DNA of 64,000 bases from a virus (taxonomy: Duplodnaviria; Heunggongvirae; Uroviricota; Caudoviricetes). Under the pieces are notes generated by a model. It did not search any database. It saw only the letters and a list, made by a program, of their open reading frames with translations, and was not told where the DNA came from. Numbering within the stretch: position 1 is the stretch's first letter; every line of letters starts with the position of its first letter. Made by a program: the position numbers and the translations under genes. The DNA lies in IMG/VR virus record IMGVR_UViG_3300009709_000001, positions 96,001-160,000 of that record; one strand, 5' to 3'. Positions 54,678 through 63,621 of the stretch are shown here, piece by piece.

Positions 54678-54829
54678 TGTCCTATTTATGCCATTAAAGA
54701 TGGCATTGCCGGAAGATGACAAATCTTCCTACACGTATTCGAATTTGCGATGCAGCGCAAACCCATGGAAGTGCTAATAACCCCTATCTGTAGTCTGCAA
54801 TGCCAGTTACAGTGTAACAGGTTGCATTT

Positions 54830-55099
54830 TTACTTGCAAGAGAGCAATGCTGCCAAAAGTTCTCGTTCGTAACCGTCTCTTAATTGTGAATCTGCTACAT
54901 AGGCCTTTGCCTTGTCGTAGACTGTATCAGTTGTTTTCAAATTAGGTACATTAAGTGCAGGACGAGATGGAACTTCGGTTTTGCATGCAACTGGGACCGG
55001 TATTTTGACTTCGCGTGTCTCGACACGAATTAATGGTTCTGTGGTTCCACAAGCAGTAAGAAGAAATGTTAGACCAATGATTAGAATATTACGGAGCAT
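54830..55099 (-). CDS. o-spanin (Rz1-like lipoprotein)
   Basis: lipobox LTAC; V.IPVPV.C; overlaps the i-spanin gene. Confidence 0.8.
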   Translation of the reverse strand: MLRNILIIGLTFLLTACGTTEPLIRVETREVKIPVPVACKTEVPSRPALNVPNLKTTDTVYDKAKAYVADSQLRDGYERELLAALLSCK

Positions 55100-55496
55100 C
55101 TTTCTTTATCGCCTCATCAAACAATTGGTTAGTTGCAATACAGATAGGAACGCCGTCTGGAGCTTTCTTATTCATGACGTCTTCCGCCTTCTTTTTATAG
55201 GAGACTGCATCCTGTTTTGCTTTAGTCAGTAGTTGTTGATTTTTTGCCAGACGCAAATCGGCATCTTGCTTAAAGGCATCGATTGCTAAATTCTGATGAA
55301 GTATGTCCTCGGACAATTTCTTTACATTTGCCTGGGACGATTGTAGCTGAAAGGTCAGCCCCTTATTTTCTGTTGTTAGTTCAGATTTTTGAAGCTTGAG
55401 AACTTCGGTATGGGCAACTAGTCCAGCCAAGGCCAGCACTAAAAGACCGATTGCGACAGTCCTCCAATTAGCTATCAAAGTCGCGATGATACCCAT
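55089..55496 (-). CDS. i-spanin (Rz-like)
   Basis: N-terminal TM, long coiled coil, C-terminal Cys; late motif 55521-55528. Confidence 0.78.
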   Translation of the reverse strand: MGIIATLIANWRTVAIGLLVLALAGLVAHTEVLKLQKSELTTENKGLTFQLQSSQANVKKLSEDILHQNLAIDAFKQDADLRLAKNQQLLTKAKQDAVSYKKKAEDVMNKKAPDGVPICIATNQLFDEAIKKDAP

Positions 55497-55526
55497 AATC
55501 TACTCCTCTGTGTCGTCCATTATTTA

Positions 55527-56099
55527 TCATAAGATGGCGGTAAATAGATGCTGTTCACAGAAGTTTACCGTATGTACACCACAATATTCAAATTTCGACA
55601 TATTCTCTAGAGCAATAGCCTTGATACTATTCGGTGCATGATTATATTTTAGGTATCTTTTCTTGACAAGTTCGGCTAAGCCGTCGCGTGCTTCCACATT
55701 CATGGTAAACGAACATTCTTTGTATCCCATTTTCCTAGCCAATTCCATCTGTAATCGAAGTATATAGGCAGTATGAATTGGTTTCTTCACTTTTTCGATC
55801 TTCGAAAATAGTCTAACCAGTACAAGAAACATACCTGTGTCTTCGGCTACCCTTGTTGATAGGAAAAACTGAAATTCATTATCTAAATATCCAAAATAGA
55901 TCGAAGTTAAACGATTGTTACGCAGAAGATATCCTAGACTTGCAGGATTATCATCCATTGCATAGTTTTCTTTATAGGTTTCTCTTGCATTCTGTTCGAC
56001 ATATTTTCCAACACGGTCGATAACTTCAGCACTATAGGGTGGAAAGTGTTCCTCCACCCTAACAACACCATATTCTGTATCGTAGATATATTCAATCAT
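55527..56099 (-). CDS. hypothetical protein, possibly GNAT-fold
   Basis: LQMELARKMGYK.C.FT.N resembles GNAT motif B. Confidence 0.45.
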   Translation of the reverse strand: MIEYIYDTEYGVVRVEEHFPPYSAEVIDRVGKYVEQNARETYKENYAMDDNPASLGYLLRNNRLTSIYFGYLDNEFQFFLSTRVAEDTGMFLVLVRLFSKIEKVKKPIHTAYILRLQMELARKMGYKECSFTMNVEARDGLAELVKKRYLKYNHAPNSIKAIALENMSKFEYCGVHTVNFCEQHLFTAIL

Positions 56100-56595
56100 G
56101 CCAAAAATTGATTAATCGAGCAGCAATATCCTTCACTTCGTATGAATGAATCACTTTGCTCGGATAAAGAGTATATTTGTCAATAACTTCCGGTAGTTCA
56201 AATATGATATTTCCAGCAGAATCATGCAATCGAAGTATACTTCCACAACCGGTAAGATTTACAATGGTAGTCTTCTGACTACGCTTAGGTGAATTATCTG
56301 TATGTGGGTGTATCATTGAGTTAGGTGCAATATAGAATGCATTTGCATTATCGAACTCAAAGTCAACACATTCTCTAATCTGTGTTAATTCCGATTCAGT
56401 GAAATCAAAGATACAACCAACGTAGTGTTCTTCATCGTAATAATTCTGATACGAAGTTATGTCACTTGCATTAACTCGAAATCTGTAATGCAATTGGTTT
56501 GGTACTTTTTCGAGCCATCCATGCACAGGAACACCATTCAATTGTGTTCTTTCCATTGCTTCGTCGAAGATTTTAAGCAATGCCGAGATGTTCAT
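56092..56595 (-). CDS. 2OG-Fe(II)-like oxygenase
   Basis: PNSMIHPHTD...R, IHS......R. Confidence 0.6.
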   Translation of the reverse strand: MNISALLKIFDEAMERTQLNGVPVHGWLEKVPNQLHYRFRVNASDITSYQNYYDEEHYVGCIFDFTESELTQIRECVDFEFDNANAFYIAPNSMIHPHTDNSPKRSQKTTIVNLTGCGSILRLHDSAGNIIFELPEVIDKYTLYPSKVIHSYEVKDIAARLINFWHD

Positions 56596-57133
56596 AAACT
56601 ATTTTCTTCCATTCGTCCTGTAAATCCGAGCAAGTTAATACAATCCTCGGGGAATTATTGGACATATTCATTACTGTGTGCCATTGTTCGACATTATAGT
56701 AGACTGGTGAATCATCAATGACTGTATGTCTATCCAATTCTACACAATTATCATCATAGAACCCAACATAGGATAACTTCGGCAGATACTTGATTGGAAA
56801 ATTAAGTGCAATCGCTCGTGACTCCCTATGGATATAAACTCGGGTCAGTGGATTTGTCTTAAATAACCATGCCGACTCGGATTTAATTCCAGCAAGTTCC
56901 ATTTCTGCAGGATTTAACCGATATGCATACACAACCTTCGCAAGATATTCTCTAACTCGTGTCGGGTCAGTATCCTCGGCAGCATCTATTGCGTTGAATT
57001 CGAAGCCAAACTTATCTCTTTTCTTTAGTACTCGAATACTTTCCCACAATCTCTCTTTAATGACATAATCAGCCAAGCCGTTAACATAATCCTTGTTAAT
57101 AGATATTTCGGGAAACTCTTTATAAAACATCAC
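56573..57133 (-). CDS. 2OG-Fe(II)-like oxygenase
   Basis: IHRE.R.IALNFPI, YNV..WHTV.N....PRI. Confidence 0.6.
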   Translation of the reverse strand: MMFYKEFPEISINKDYVNGLADYVIKERLWESIRVLKKRDKFGFEFNAIDAAEDTDPTRVREYLAKVVYAYRLNPAEMELAGIKSESAWLFKTNPLTRVYIHRESRAIALNFPIKYLPKLSYVGFYDDNCVELDRHTVIDDSPVYYNVEQWHTVMNMSNNSPRIVLTCSDLQDEWKKIVYEHLGIA

Positions 57134-57897
57134 AACTCCTCGAATTCTGAATCAAAGCTTTCATAGAGCTTATCTAACTTAATCTTACCGTCAATATAAA
57201 TCACGCCACGTAAGAATCCAGTCTCTAATACTCCGTGTCGCATATCAATTTCATTGATACAGAACATCTTGTTACCGGCACCGTACTTCACAATCTCATT
57301 ATTGTCAAATTTGAAATACGAGTTACCGTTATTCATATCGATTGTTGTAATCGGAATCTTACAGGCATAGTATTCCTGTGCCTTATGCATATTCACATCA
57401 ATCGATTCTTCAAACGGACCCAGCTCAAGTGGCTTGCGCTGGAAATAATGCCCTGGTACGATTACTTTGTTGTAGGTATTACCATACATCCATTCCCTAT
57501 GAAAAGGAACAATGGAACCTACATTAGTGACCAATACAGTTACTCGGGTAATATACTCGTAAATGTCCGAAAGCTTCTCTACTTCTGGTCTAACTAAGGC
57601 GGCTAATGGATTATCAATCCAATACCAATTTAGATTCGGGTTAGCACGGTTGATATAGATAAAATCATCGTAGTCATGTTCATCAAACCCATTCTTAACT
57701 GGTGCATCTTTCTGGTATGCATTAGGATCATTCATATCAAACGTCCTTAAATGAAGTAGCTTCATACATGCAGGCTGATCGGGGCCATGTATCAATGGGT
57801 GATCTTCACCCTCATACCGCATACCATCGATAATCGCACATTGCGTTTCGAAGCTTATGGTCTGCTTCAATTTAAATCCGTATTTTCTATCAATCAT
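57130..57897 (-). CDS. Asp-hydroxylase-like 2OG-Fe(II) oxygenase
   Basis: RVTVL....G..VPFHRE, F.INE....HGV......R..IYIDG. Confidence 0.6.
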   Translation of the reverse strand: MIDRKYGFKLKQTISFETQCAIIDGMRYEGEDHPLIHGPDQPACMKLLHLRTFDMNDPNAYQKDAPVKNGFDEHDYDDFIYINRANPNLNWYWIDNPLAALVRPEVEKLSDIYEYITRVTVLVTNVGSIVPFHREWMYGNTYNKVIVPGHYFQRKPLELGPFEESIDVNMHKAQEYYACKIPITTIDMNNGNSYFKFDNNEIVKYGAGNKMFCINEIDMRHGVLETGFLRGVIYIDGKIKLDKLYESFDSEFEEL

Positions 57898-58672
57898 TTT
57901 TCTTTAAGACCAGGTAATAGTAAGGTGCAAAGTCAAAATTGACCATACACATTACCGAATTTGCATATCCATCGGAAATAAATCGAAGTTTACCATGTAT
58001 TTCCTTTTCTACTGTAGATAATGCATCGTAGTTAGGTTTTCCGAACCCAAGCCATCCGAATTTACGCACAATGGTAAAGCCATGTTGTGACAATTTCTCT
58101 GTAATCTCCGAAATGGTGTATTCGTGATCGTGATAATCTTCTAAAATCTTACCAGTTGTAGGATTCGGGGCCGAAACAATCAACATTCCATTATCCTTCA
58201 ACACTTCGTGAGTATAATCTAAAAGATAATCGAGTGCAGACTCGTCGATATGTTCAATAAACTGTTGCATAAGGACAACGTCAGGATCACAGGGTAAATC
58301 CAGCATACGAACGTCGTGGTTATTTGCGTCAAAATGGCGGATTTTGTGCCCTTTGCGTGAGCCAGCGTCTACGTAGGCGTCTGTAATTTCCAGACCCGTG
58401 TAATCTAGTGTTTTTTTGCCTGGGAGATAATAATTGGTATCCCAGGCTGCTTTAAAAGATGCACAACCACAACCAAAATCTAGAACTACCGGCTCAGTAG
58501 CGGGGCAATGAAACTGAATTAGATTACAGGTAAGCATATAACGCATAATCGATGCATTAACAAACCCGCTATTGGCAGTCAACATCGATTGTTCTAGTCT
58601 TTCAAACACTTCTTTCGATCCATCGATCTGATAAGAAGGGTTAGAAGTACCTGTTGGTGTGAATTTATCCAT
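57890..58672 (-). CDS. class I SAM-dependent methyltransferase
   Basis: VLDFGCG, YTGLE, IEHI, LK..G.L..S.PN, H.HEY. Confidence 0.88.
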   Translation of the reverse strand: MDKFTPTGTSNPSYQIDGSKEVFERLEQSMLTANSGFVNASIMRYMLTCNLIQFHCPATEPVVLDFGCGCASFKAAWDTNYYLPGKKTLDYTGLEITDAYVDAGSRKGHKIRHFDANNHDVRMLDLPCDPDVVLMQQFIEHIDESALDYLLDYTHEVLKDNGMLIVSAPNPTTGKILEDYHDHEYTISEITEKLSQHGFTIVRKFGWLGFGKPNYDALSTVEKEIHGKLRFISDGYANSVMCMVNFDFAPYYYLVLKKND

Positions 58673-59240
58673 AATAATCGTAGATTACCTTACAACCATA
58701 GAAGTCCCTGACTTCTTCTAAACTAACATCGTTGCAATGTTCCAAGACAATGAAAAGCCATATACTCTGATCAGTATCTGGAACAATGATCTCGTGTGGA
58801 AGGGTGCAAGAATCGAAACGCAACACAAAGTCTTCAGATAAGCTAATGTTCGGCGGTGCGGTACGACGATAAAAATTGAAGGTTACATCATCTTTGCCCA
58901 AAAATACCTTCTTACCGATTGTAATTGTAGGTAAAGCCGTCTTTGGTAGATGGATATGCTTCCGTAAACCATATGTCTTGCTATTCTCCGAGAAGATACA
59001 AGTACCGATCTTATACTCAAGTCCGGGCATCACCGGAATACTATAGGTTGAAAGATCCTTTGTGGTCGATCGAATAGAGAATTTCTCTATTACAGAATGA
59101 ATTGCTTCGGTAGTAATGAAATCGTCGGTCTTAAAATGAGATAGAAATACATCTTCCCTAGGAATATAAGTTTGCAGTGTATCTATATCAGCAAATGCTT
59201 CGGCTTTTGTGTCATAGGTAGGTATTTCTAATCTTTTCAT
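58665..59240 (-). CDS. cupin-like protein
   Basis: KHIH.P ... FDS..LPH. Confidence 0.45.
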   Translation of the reverse strand: MKRLEIPTYDTKAEAFADIDTLQTYIPREDVFLSHFKTDDFITTEAIHSVIEKFSIRSTTKDLSTYSIPVMPGLEYKIGTCIFSENSKTYGLRKHIHLPKTALPTITIGKKVFLGKDDVTFNFYRRTAPPNISLSEDFVLRFDSCTLPHEIIVPDTDQSIWLFIVLEHCNDVSLEEVRDFYGCKVIYDYYG

Positions 59241-59970
59241 ATATAAGGTCTTTCAAAATTGCGTGTCCATCTTCGAGGATGTGTCCAGTCTTGCCTTTTT
59301 TCAGGTGTGACATGCTATCCACGGCATTGAACTCGTCAAACACAATCCATTTACTGGTATCTATCTCGCTTAGCCTGTTTAGATATTTAGTGAAGTGCTT
59401 GATCGTGTTTTCTTTATCAGTATATCCCGTCTCATCTATAAGATTAGGGATTAAAGGAGCCATTTGTACGAAGATATACTTAGCATTCTTCGATTTTAGG
59501 AAGTCCTGTAGTTCAATTACCTCTTCCTGGAAGTCATTGAGTGCTCGTTCCATAGTTAAACCATCTCTGTAGTCAAGATATGCCCATCTCTGAAACTCAG
59601 TATCGTAAATCGTTGGTACTCCGTCTTCCTTTAATTGTAAAACCGACTTAGGAAAATAGAATTCCTTCTGCATTAGGTTAATAAACCTCTTCTTTGTCGG
59701 GTCCCACACCTCTCTCAGGGTTGCTTGAGGTATTCCTACCACAACTAAGTCAGGTTGTATCTCGTCATACTCTAATTTGATGCGCCTGATCATAGTTTGA
59801 AGTGAGCTCATTGGATAAGAACTGTTTACAACCTCTAGACCTAATGCTTTTCCGAGCAACCCTGCGAAATTATACGTCTCACGGTGCTCTCTCATGCTCA
59901 GACCGGACCCATTAGGAACCAAATCCATACCATAGCAGGTAGATTGGCCGATAACATACAGGGTTTTCAT
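59212..59970 (-). CDS. SGNH/GDSL hydrolase-like protein
   Basis: VIGQSTCYG block I; N.S....S; PDLVVVG; GH....GH terminal motif. Confidence 0.65.
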   Translation of the reverse strand: MKTLYVIGQSTCYGMDLVPNGSGLSMREHRETYNFAGLLGKALGLEVVNSSYPMSSLQTMIRRIKLEYDEIQPDLVVVGIPQATLREVWDPTKKRFINLMQKEFYFPKSVLQLKEDGVPTIYDTEFQRWAYLDYRDGLTMERALNDFQEEVIELQDFLKSKNAKYIFVQMAPLIPNLIDETGYTDKENTIKHFTKYLNRLSEIDTSKWIVFDEFNAVDSMSHLKKGKTGHILEDGHAILKDLIYEKIRNTYL

Positions 59971-60716
59971 CTATTTGCCATCCTTCTTAGGGTAGGTGGA
60001 CCGATCATCTTACCATCTATGCTGGAAACACCATTAAAGGTAGTAACATCGACAGGGGCAACTGTATAAATCTCATTGATCGTATCCAAATGTGTCGGAT
60101 GAATGCAGAATGCCGCCTTAAACCCCAGTGACTTGGAGCGCAGGCAGTTCTTTCGTAGCCCCTCAATGGACAAATCTGTAAAGTCACTGGCGTATCCAAT
60201 ACAATAGGTCTTTAACATGGCACAACCAAGCACTGCCTGTGATGCATACGCCAACATCGCCTCCTCGGTGGGCATAATTCCGAGCTCTGCACTTAGATCT
60301 TCAGCTCCGAAGATGATTCCACAGATGTTTTTAATCTTCGAGAATGCTTCGTGCATGTAGTATAGACCGGAAGGTGTCTCAACAATCGGAATAATGTTCA
60401 TCTCTTCGAGTTGACCCGGTGATAACTTATGATCATTATCAAATTTTGGATACATAATGTTCTTGATCCCGAGTTCAAGGATGACTGCCATGTCATCATA
60501 GTATCCAGAATCGGAATTGATACGAACAAAGACATGCGGATGGTCTTTATAAATCTCAATCGCGGCTGCAAGATTTGCTCTTGCTTCGGGCTTGAGTACA
60601 TCCGGGACTGCATCTTCCAGGTCGAGGACTAGGGCATCCGCCTTGTGCATAACCTTCTTGTAGACGGGACGGTCATACTTGTTCATTGGAATGAATAAAA
60701 CTGATCTGAATCTCAT
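59967..60716 (-). CDS. HpcH/HpaI aldolase / citrate lyase beta family protein
   Basis: RSVLFIP, AD..VLDLEDAV...K..AR, VRIN, ETP.G, FGAEDL, IHP, DGKMI. Confidence 0.9.
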   Translation of the reverse strand: MRFRSVLFIPMNKYDRPVYKKVMHKADALVLDLEDAVPDVLKPEARANLAAAIEIYKDHPHVFVRINSDSGYYDDMAVILELGIKNIMYPKFDNDHKLSPGQLEEMNIIPIVETPSGLYYMHEAFSKIKNICGIIFGAEDLSAELGIMPTEEAMLAYASQAVLGCAMLKTYCIGYASDFTDLSIEGLRKNCLRSKSLGFKAAFCIHPTHLDTINEIYTVAPVDVTTFNGVSSIDGKMIGPPTLRRMANR

Positions 60717-60723
60717 AATCTTC

Positions 60724-62010
60724 TTAAATGTAAGTGTCGAATACTAAATGATATCTATCCTCTGGTGACGAATTGACTGCTGTATGAAGATCAGTTGTCT
60801 TAACTCGATACAGTGCTCCTAGGTCAGTCAGTGTAAACAATTTGCCACCAACGATGAAAAAACTTCCTTCCTTGGCATGCAACGGGATATGAAAACGATA
60901 CTTATCGGGATCTCGATGGTAAGTGTAGCAAGATCTGACAGGCATTCTAAGAACTCGAACCCGTCCCATCTTCATTTTGTTCACTTCAATAATCCTTTTG
61001 ACTTCGTTGACCACTTCCTCTATGTAAGTTCCTTTGAACTGTTCATGAATCTCGTTCGATGGTTCTATGGTTTGCATCATCTGGCGCTGAGAATCTTTAC
61101 TGCCGACATAAGTCGACTTGTAATGAGAGGAATCTGTCGGTGCAACAGTCACAAAGAGTTGGTTACTCTCTAATAAATCGGAGTCGTCGACAGTTGCAAT
61201 GACACTCAGGATTCGATTATTATCAAATCGATTACCAAGTTGTACCACACCCGGTTCATCATCTTCAAATATTCTTATCTTTGAGTTAACATACTCCTCG
61301 AGTTGAAGGATATGATTCCTTGTTTCGTCGTCCAATGCCTCAAAAGCTGATTCCTTGTTCTGCAATTTTGGCATGTCGTCGCTAACATATTGGTCGAAGT
61401 TGATCGAGTCGTAGTCGATAATTTCTCCCTTGCTCTTATCGAGAGTATGCCAAACTAAAATTCGATAAGCAATGTTATCAAGAACTCGCTTATCGACATT
61501 TATATTCTTAATCGGAACATAATCTTCTGTGAAACTGATAAACTGTTTGGTTGCAAACGAGATACCGTAACTTGAGAGTTGGTCCTTGATACTCTTACGG
61601 TGTAGATAAATATTCCTATCGGCTAGTTTGCAAAGTTCTTTGTAGATATCTTCATTAATGGGCGAGACATGATTCGATAATATCATAACATGACCTTTGT
61701 TAACCTTTCGGACTAGACTGATACGATGCATCTCTTCGTCAATTGGAGAGCGTGTCCTCTCTTCGTAGACTCTTGTCTCGATTAATCCATCATTCGTATC
61801 TAGACTGTATTCATTATAGAAACAACCAGGACCGTAATCTTTCAGGAAATAAATCTTGCCACCTTCATCCTTGTAGTAGTAGGTGTAGATATTTTTATTG
61901 AACAACTCACTGATGGAGTATGCTCGTGTGATGTTTTCGTGATCCTTGACAAGTTTTCTTGCATACCAGTTGCTACCTGTTCTAGGAGTGCTCCAAAGAT
62001 TTATCAACAT
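60724..62010 (-). CDS. fusion: sulfotransferase-like P-loop domain plus Asp-hydroxylase-like 2OG-Fe(II) domain
   Basis: STPRTGS..., ELFN, L.R....Q..S..I; then GRVR.L.M....CY.YHRD...RFHIP, HTAVN....RYHLV. Confidence 0.75.
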   Translation of the reverse strand: MLINLWSTPRTGSNWYARKLVKDHENITRAYSISELFNKNIYTYYYKDEGGKIYFLKDYGPGCFYNEYSLDTNDGLIETRVYEERTRSPIDEEMHRISLVRKVNKGHVMILSNHVSPINEDIYKELCKLADRNIYLHRKSIKDQLSSYGISFATKQFISFTEDYVPIKNINVDKRVLDNIAYRILVWHTLDKSKGEIIDYDSINFDQYVSDDMPKLQNKESAFEALDDETRNHILQLEEYVNSKIRIFEDDEPGVVQLGNRFDNNRILSVIATVDDSDLLESNQLFVTVAPTDSSHYKSTYVGSKDSQRQMMQTIEPSNEIHEQFKGTYIEEVVNEVKRIIEVNKMKMGRVRVLRMPVRSCYTYHRDPDKYRFHIPLHAKEGSFFIVGGKLFTLTDLGALYRVKTTDLHTAVNSSPEDRYHLVFDTYI

Positions 62011-62035
62011 GCTTCATCCCATACGTCTGTCGCAA

Positions 62036-62043
62036 TATTTATA
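62036..62043 (-). promoter_or_regulatory. T4-consensus late promoter TATAAATA heading the modification cluster
   Basis: exact TATAAATA 25 nt upstream of the ATG at 62010. Confidence 0.7.
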
Positions 62044-62085
62044 TCACCCAAAGGTGGTAAATAGTAAAACACCGAAAGAGATTCT

Positions 62086-62370
62086 ATGCAAGTCAAATAC
62101 ACTATCGTCAGACCAAACACAATTATCCCGTTCACTGACCCAACGCTTCCTGGTTTTGAGGATTATCTTGAAGCTATTGCCACTGCTGGGTTCGAACATC
62201 ACGAAACTATGACAATGGATAGTCTAACACTTGTCTCTGTCTATACCTTGTCACCAGACGAGTTCGTGGCCTATAACGAGTTACTTGAACAATTCAAGGA
62301 TGTCCGTGCTGCCGATCGTAAACGAAGAGAAAGCCTTGGCATCACTGCTGTCAAAGAAATTATCGAATAA
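62086..62370 (+). CDS. small hypothetical protein divergent from the cluster
   Basis: GTAAATA upstream; RPNT..PF motif; bidirectional terminator downstream. Confidence 0.7.
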   Translation: MQVKYTIVRPNTIIPFTDPTLPGFEDYLEAIATAGFEHHETMTMDSLTLVSVYTLSPDEFVAYNELLEQFKDVRAADRKRRESLGITAVKEIIE

Positions 62371-62382
62371 ATTTCCGGCCAT

Positions 62383-62418
62383 AAAAAAAGCTCCTAGCCA
62401 TTGAGACTAGGAGCTTTT
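62383..62418. terminator. bidirectional intrinsic terminator
   Basis: A7-GCTCCTAG-loop-CTAGGAGC-T4. Confidence 0.8.
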
Positions 62419-62431
62419 CCTTTTATTAAAT

Positions 62432-62520
62432 CAGAATTCTTGTATCAGCGTCGCAGCCGAAGCCTAACACCGACAGGGATCGAACCTGCTATATCCAAAG
62501 GATGTTGCTGGAAGAATTCT
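62432..62520 (-). ncRNA. handle element F (T-arm plus TTCG-capped stem)
   Basis: AGAATTC-TTC-CAGCA...GAATTCT-G; GCAGG-TTCGATC-CCTGT. Confidence 0.72.
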
Positions 62521-62532
62521 TTAGAAAATAAA

Positions 62533-62864
62533 TTAACTGTCCTGTAAGCGGAGTTCTGTGCCCTTGCGGGTGACAATCATTCATCTACAGTTACCTGTCC
62601 TCCCCGGCTTCGCTTCCGGATCATAGGTGCCACAACCCGTTCCCTCGGCGAGCAGCGTCAGCGAGAACTGTTTGTGTTGCTGCGGAGTCGTTGTGGTGCG
62701 AACGTGGTATGAACGTATAGTCTAGGGTGACACGCACCTGGGACCATTATATCCTTTTTCTTAAGGCGCTCTATAGCGTATACCACTCCCACAGAGCGAC
62801 AAGCCCTGCTCTGTGCAGCCCCGACTTTCCTCTAGCTTGCGCCAGCGATTGTCCGGACAATTAA
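62533..62864 (-). ncRNA. rnpB: RNase P RNA
   Basis: P1 TTAATTGTCC/GGACAGTTAA; P2 GACAATC/GATTGTC; CR-I GAGGAAAGTC; CR-V ACAGAACTCCGCTTA with compensatory P4 pairing. Confidence 0.9.
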
Positions 62865-62867
62865 ACC

Positions 62868-62944
62868 TGGTACCCCGAGTCGGATTCGAACCGACAACCA
62901 ACGGATTTTAAATCCATCCGCACTACCGATTAGCGTATAGGGGC
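62868..62944 (-). tRNA. tRNA-Leu(TAA) with short variable loop
   Basis: ATGGA-TT-TAA-AA-TCCGT; 5-nt V-loop; A73-CCA. Confidence 0.85.
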
Positions 62945-63091
62945 TTCGTCTTTGTTATCGTCTTCCCTCATATCAGGATGAGTCGGCTCGTCTTTCTTCT
63001 TACCGAAAATCTTTTCCCAACCTTCTCGGTACTTATCATTATTGGATTTCGATTTTAATTCGTCACCCGTTACATCATTTCTGCTTGTCAT
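62930..63091 (-). CDS. small hypothetical protein
   Basis: read by hand: MTSRNDVTGDELKSK..NDKYREGWEKIFGKK; stop codon inside tRNA-Leu. Confidence 0.6.
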   Translation of the reverse strand: MTSRNDVTGDELKSKSNNDKYREGWEKIFGKKKDEPTHPDMREDDNKDEAPIR

Positions 63092-63303
63092 AGTTCTAAA
63101 TTAGATCGATATGCTATCAACTTAACCCCTCTAATAAGTGCCCTAGGATAGTTGGCGTGGGACGAGAAGAGAGTCAATATGTCGAGTGACTCTATACATT
63201 TCCTGTTGATACACGGTTTCGTTTGACGGCGACTACTAAAACTTCGTCTCGAACATATCGAATGTCAAATTTCAATACCATCATCTAAGATGATACAGAA
63301 TAG

Positions 63304-63395
63304 TGGAGGCCAGGGATGGATTCGAACCACCGATGAATACTAAGTAGATAATTGCTTTGCAGGCAAGTGCCTTCGACCGCTTGGACTACCTGGCC
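63304..63395 (-). tRNA. tRNA-Cys(GCA) with long variable region
   Basis: loop CT-GCA-AA; U73-CCA; 19-nt V region. Confidence 0.85.
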
Positions 63396-63457
63396 AATGT
63401 TAAAACGGCGTAGCAATCAACCGCGTCAGGAGCTACGATATACGCCATATATTAAAT

Positions 63458-63525
63458 CAGAATGCGTTTCTTTATGGTCAAATTGGAAGTTTGATTTTCT
63501 TGATTATTTTTGCTGAATACATTCT
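63458..63525 (-). ncRNA. handle element G (anticodon-stem-loop payload)
   Basis: AGAATGT-ATT-CAGCA...GCATTCT-G; TCAAA-CT-TCC-AA-TTTGA. Confidence 0.7.
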
Positions 63526-63535
63526 TTAGAAACTC

Positions 63536-63621
63536 TGGTGGGCATGGAAGGATTCGAACCTACTCACCCCGAGGGAACGGATTTACAGTCCGCCGCCGTT
63601 CACCGACTCGACAGCATGCCC
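63536..63621 (-). tRNA. tRNA-Tyr(GTA)
   Basis: GCGGA-CT-GTA-AA-TCCGT; V-arm; CCA. Confidence 0.92.
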
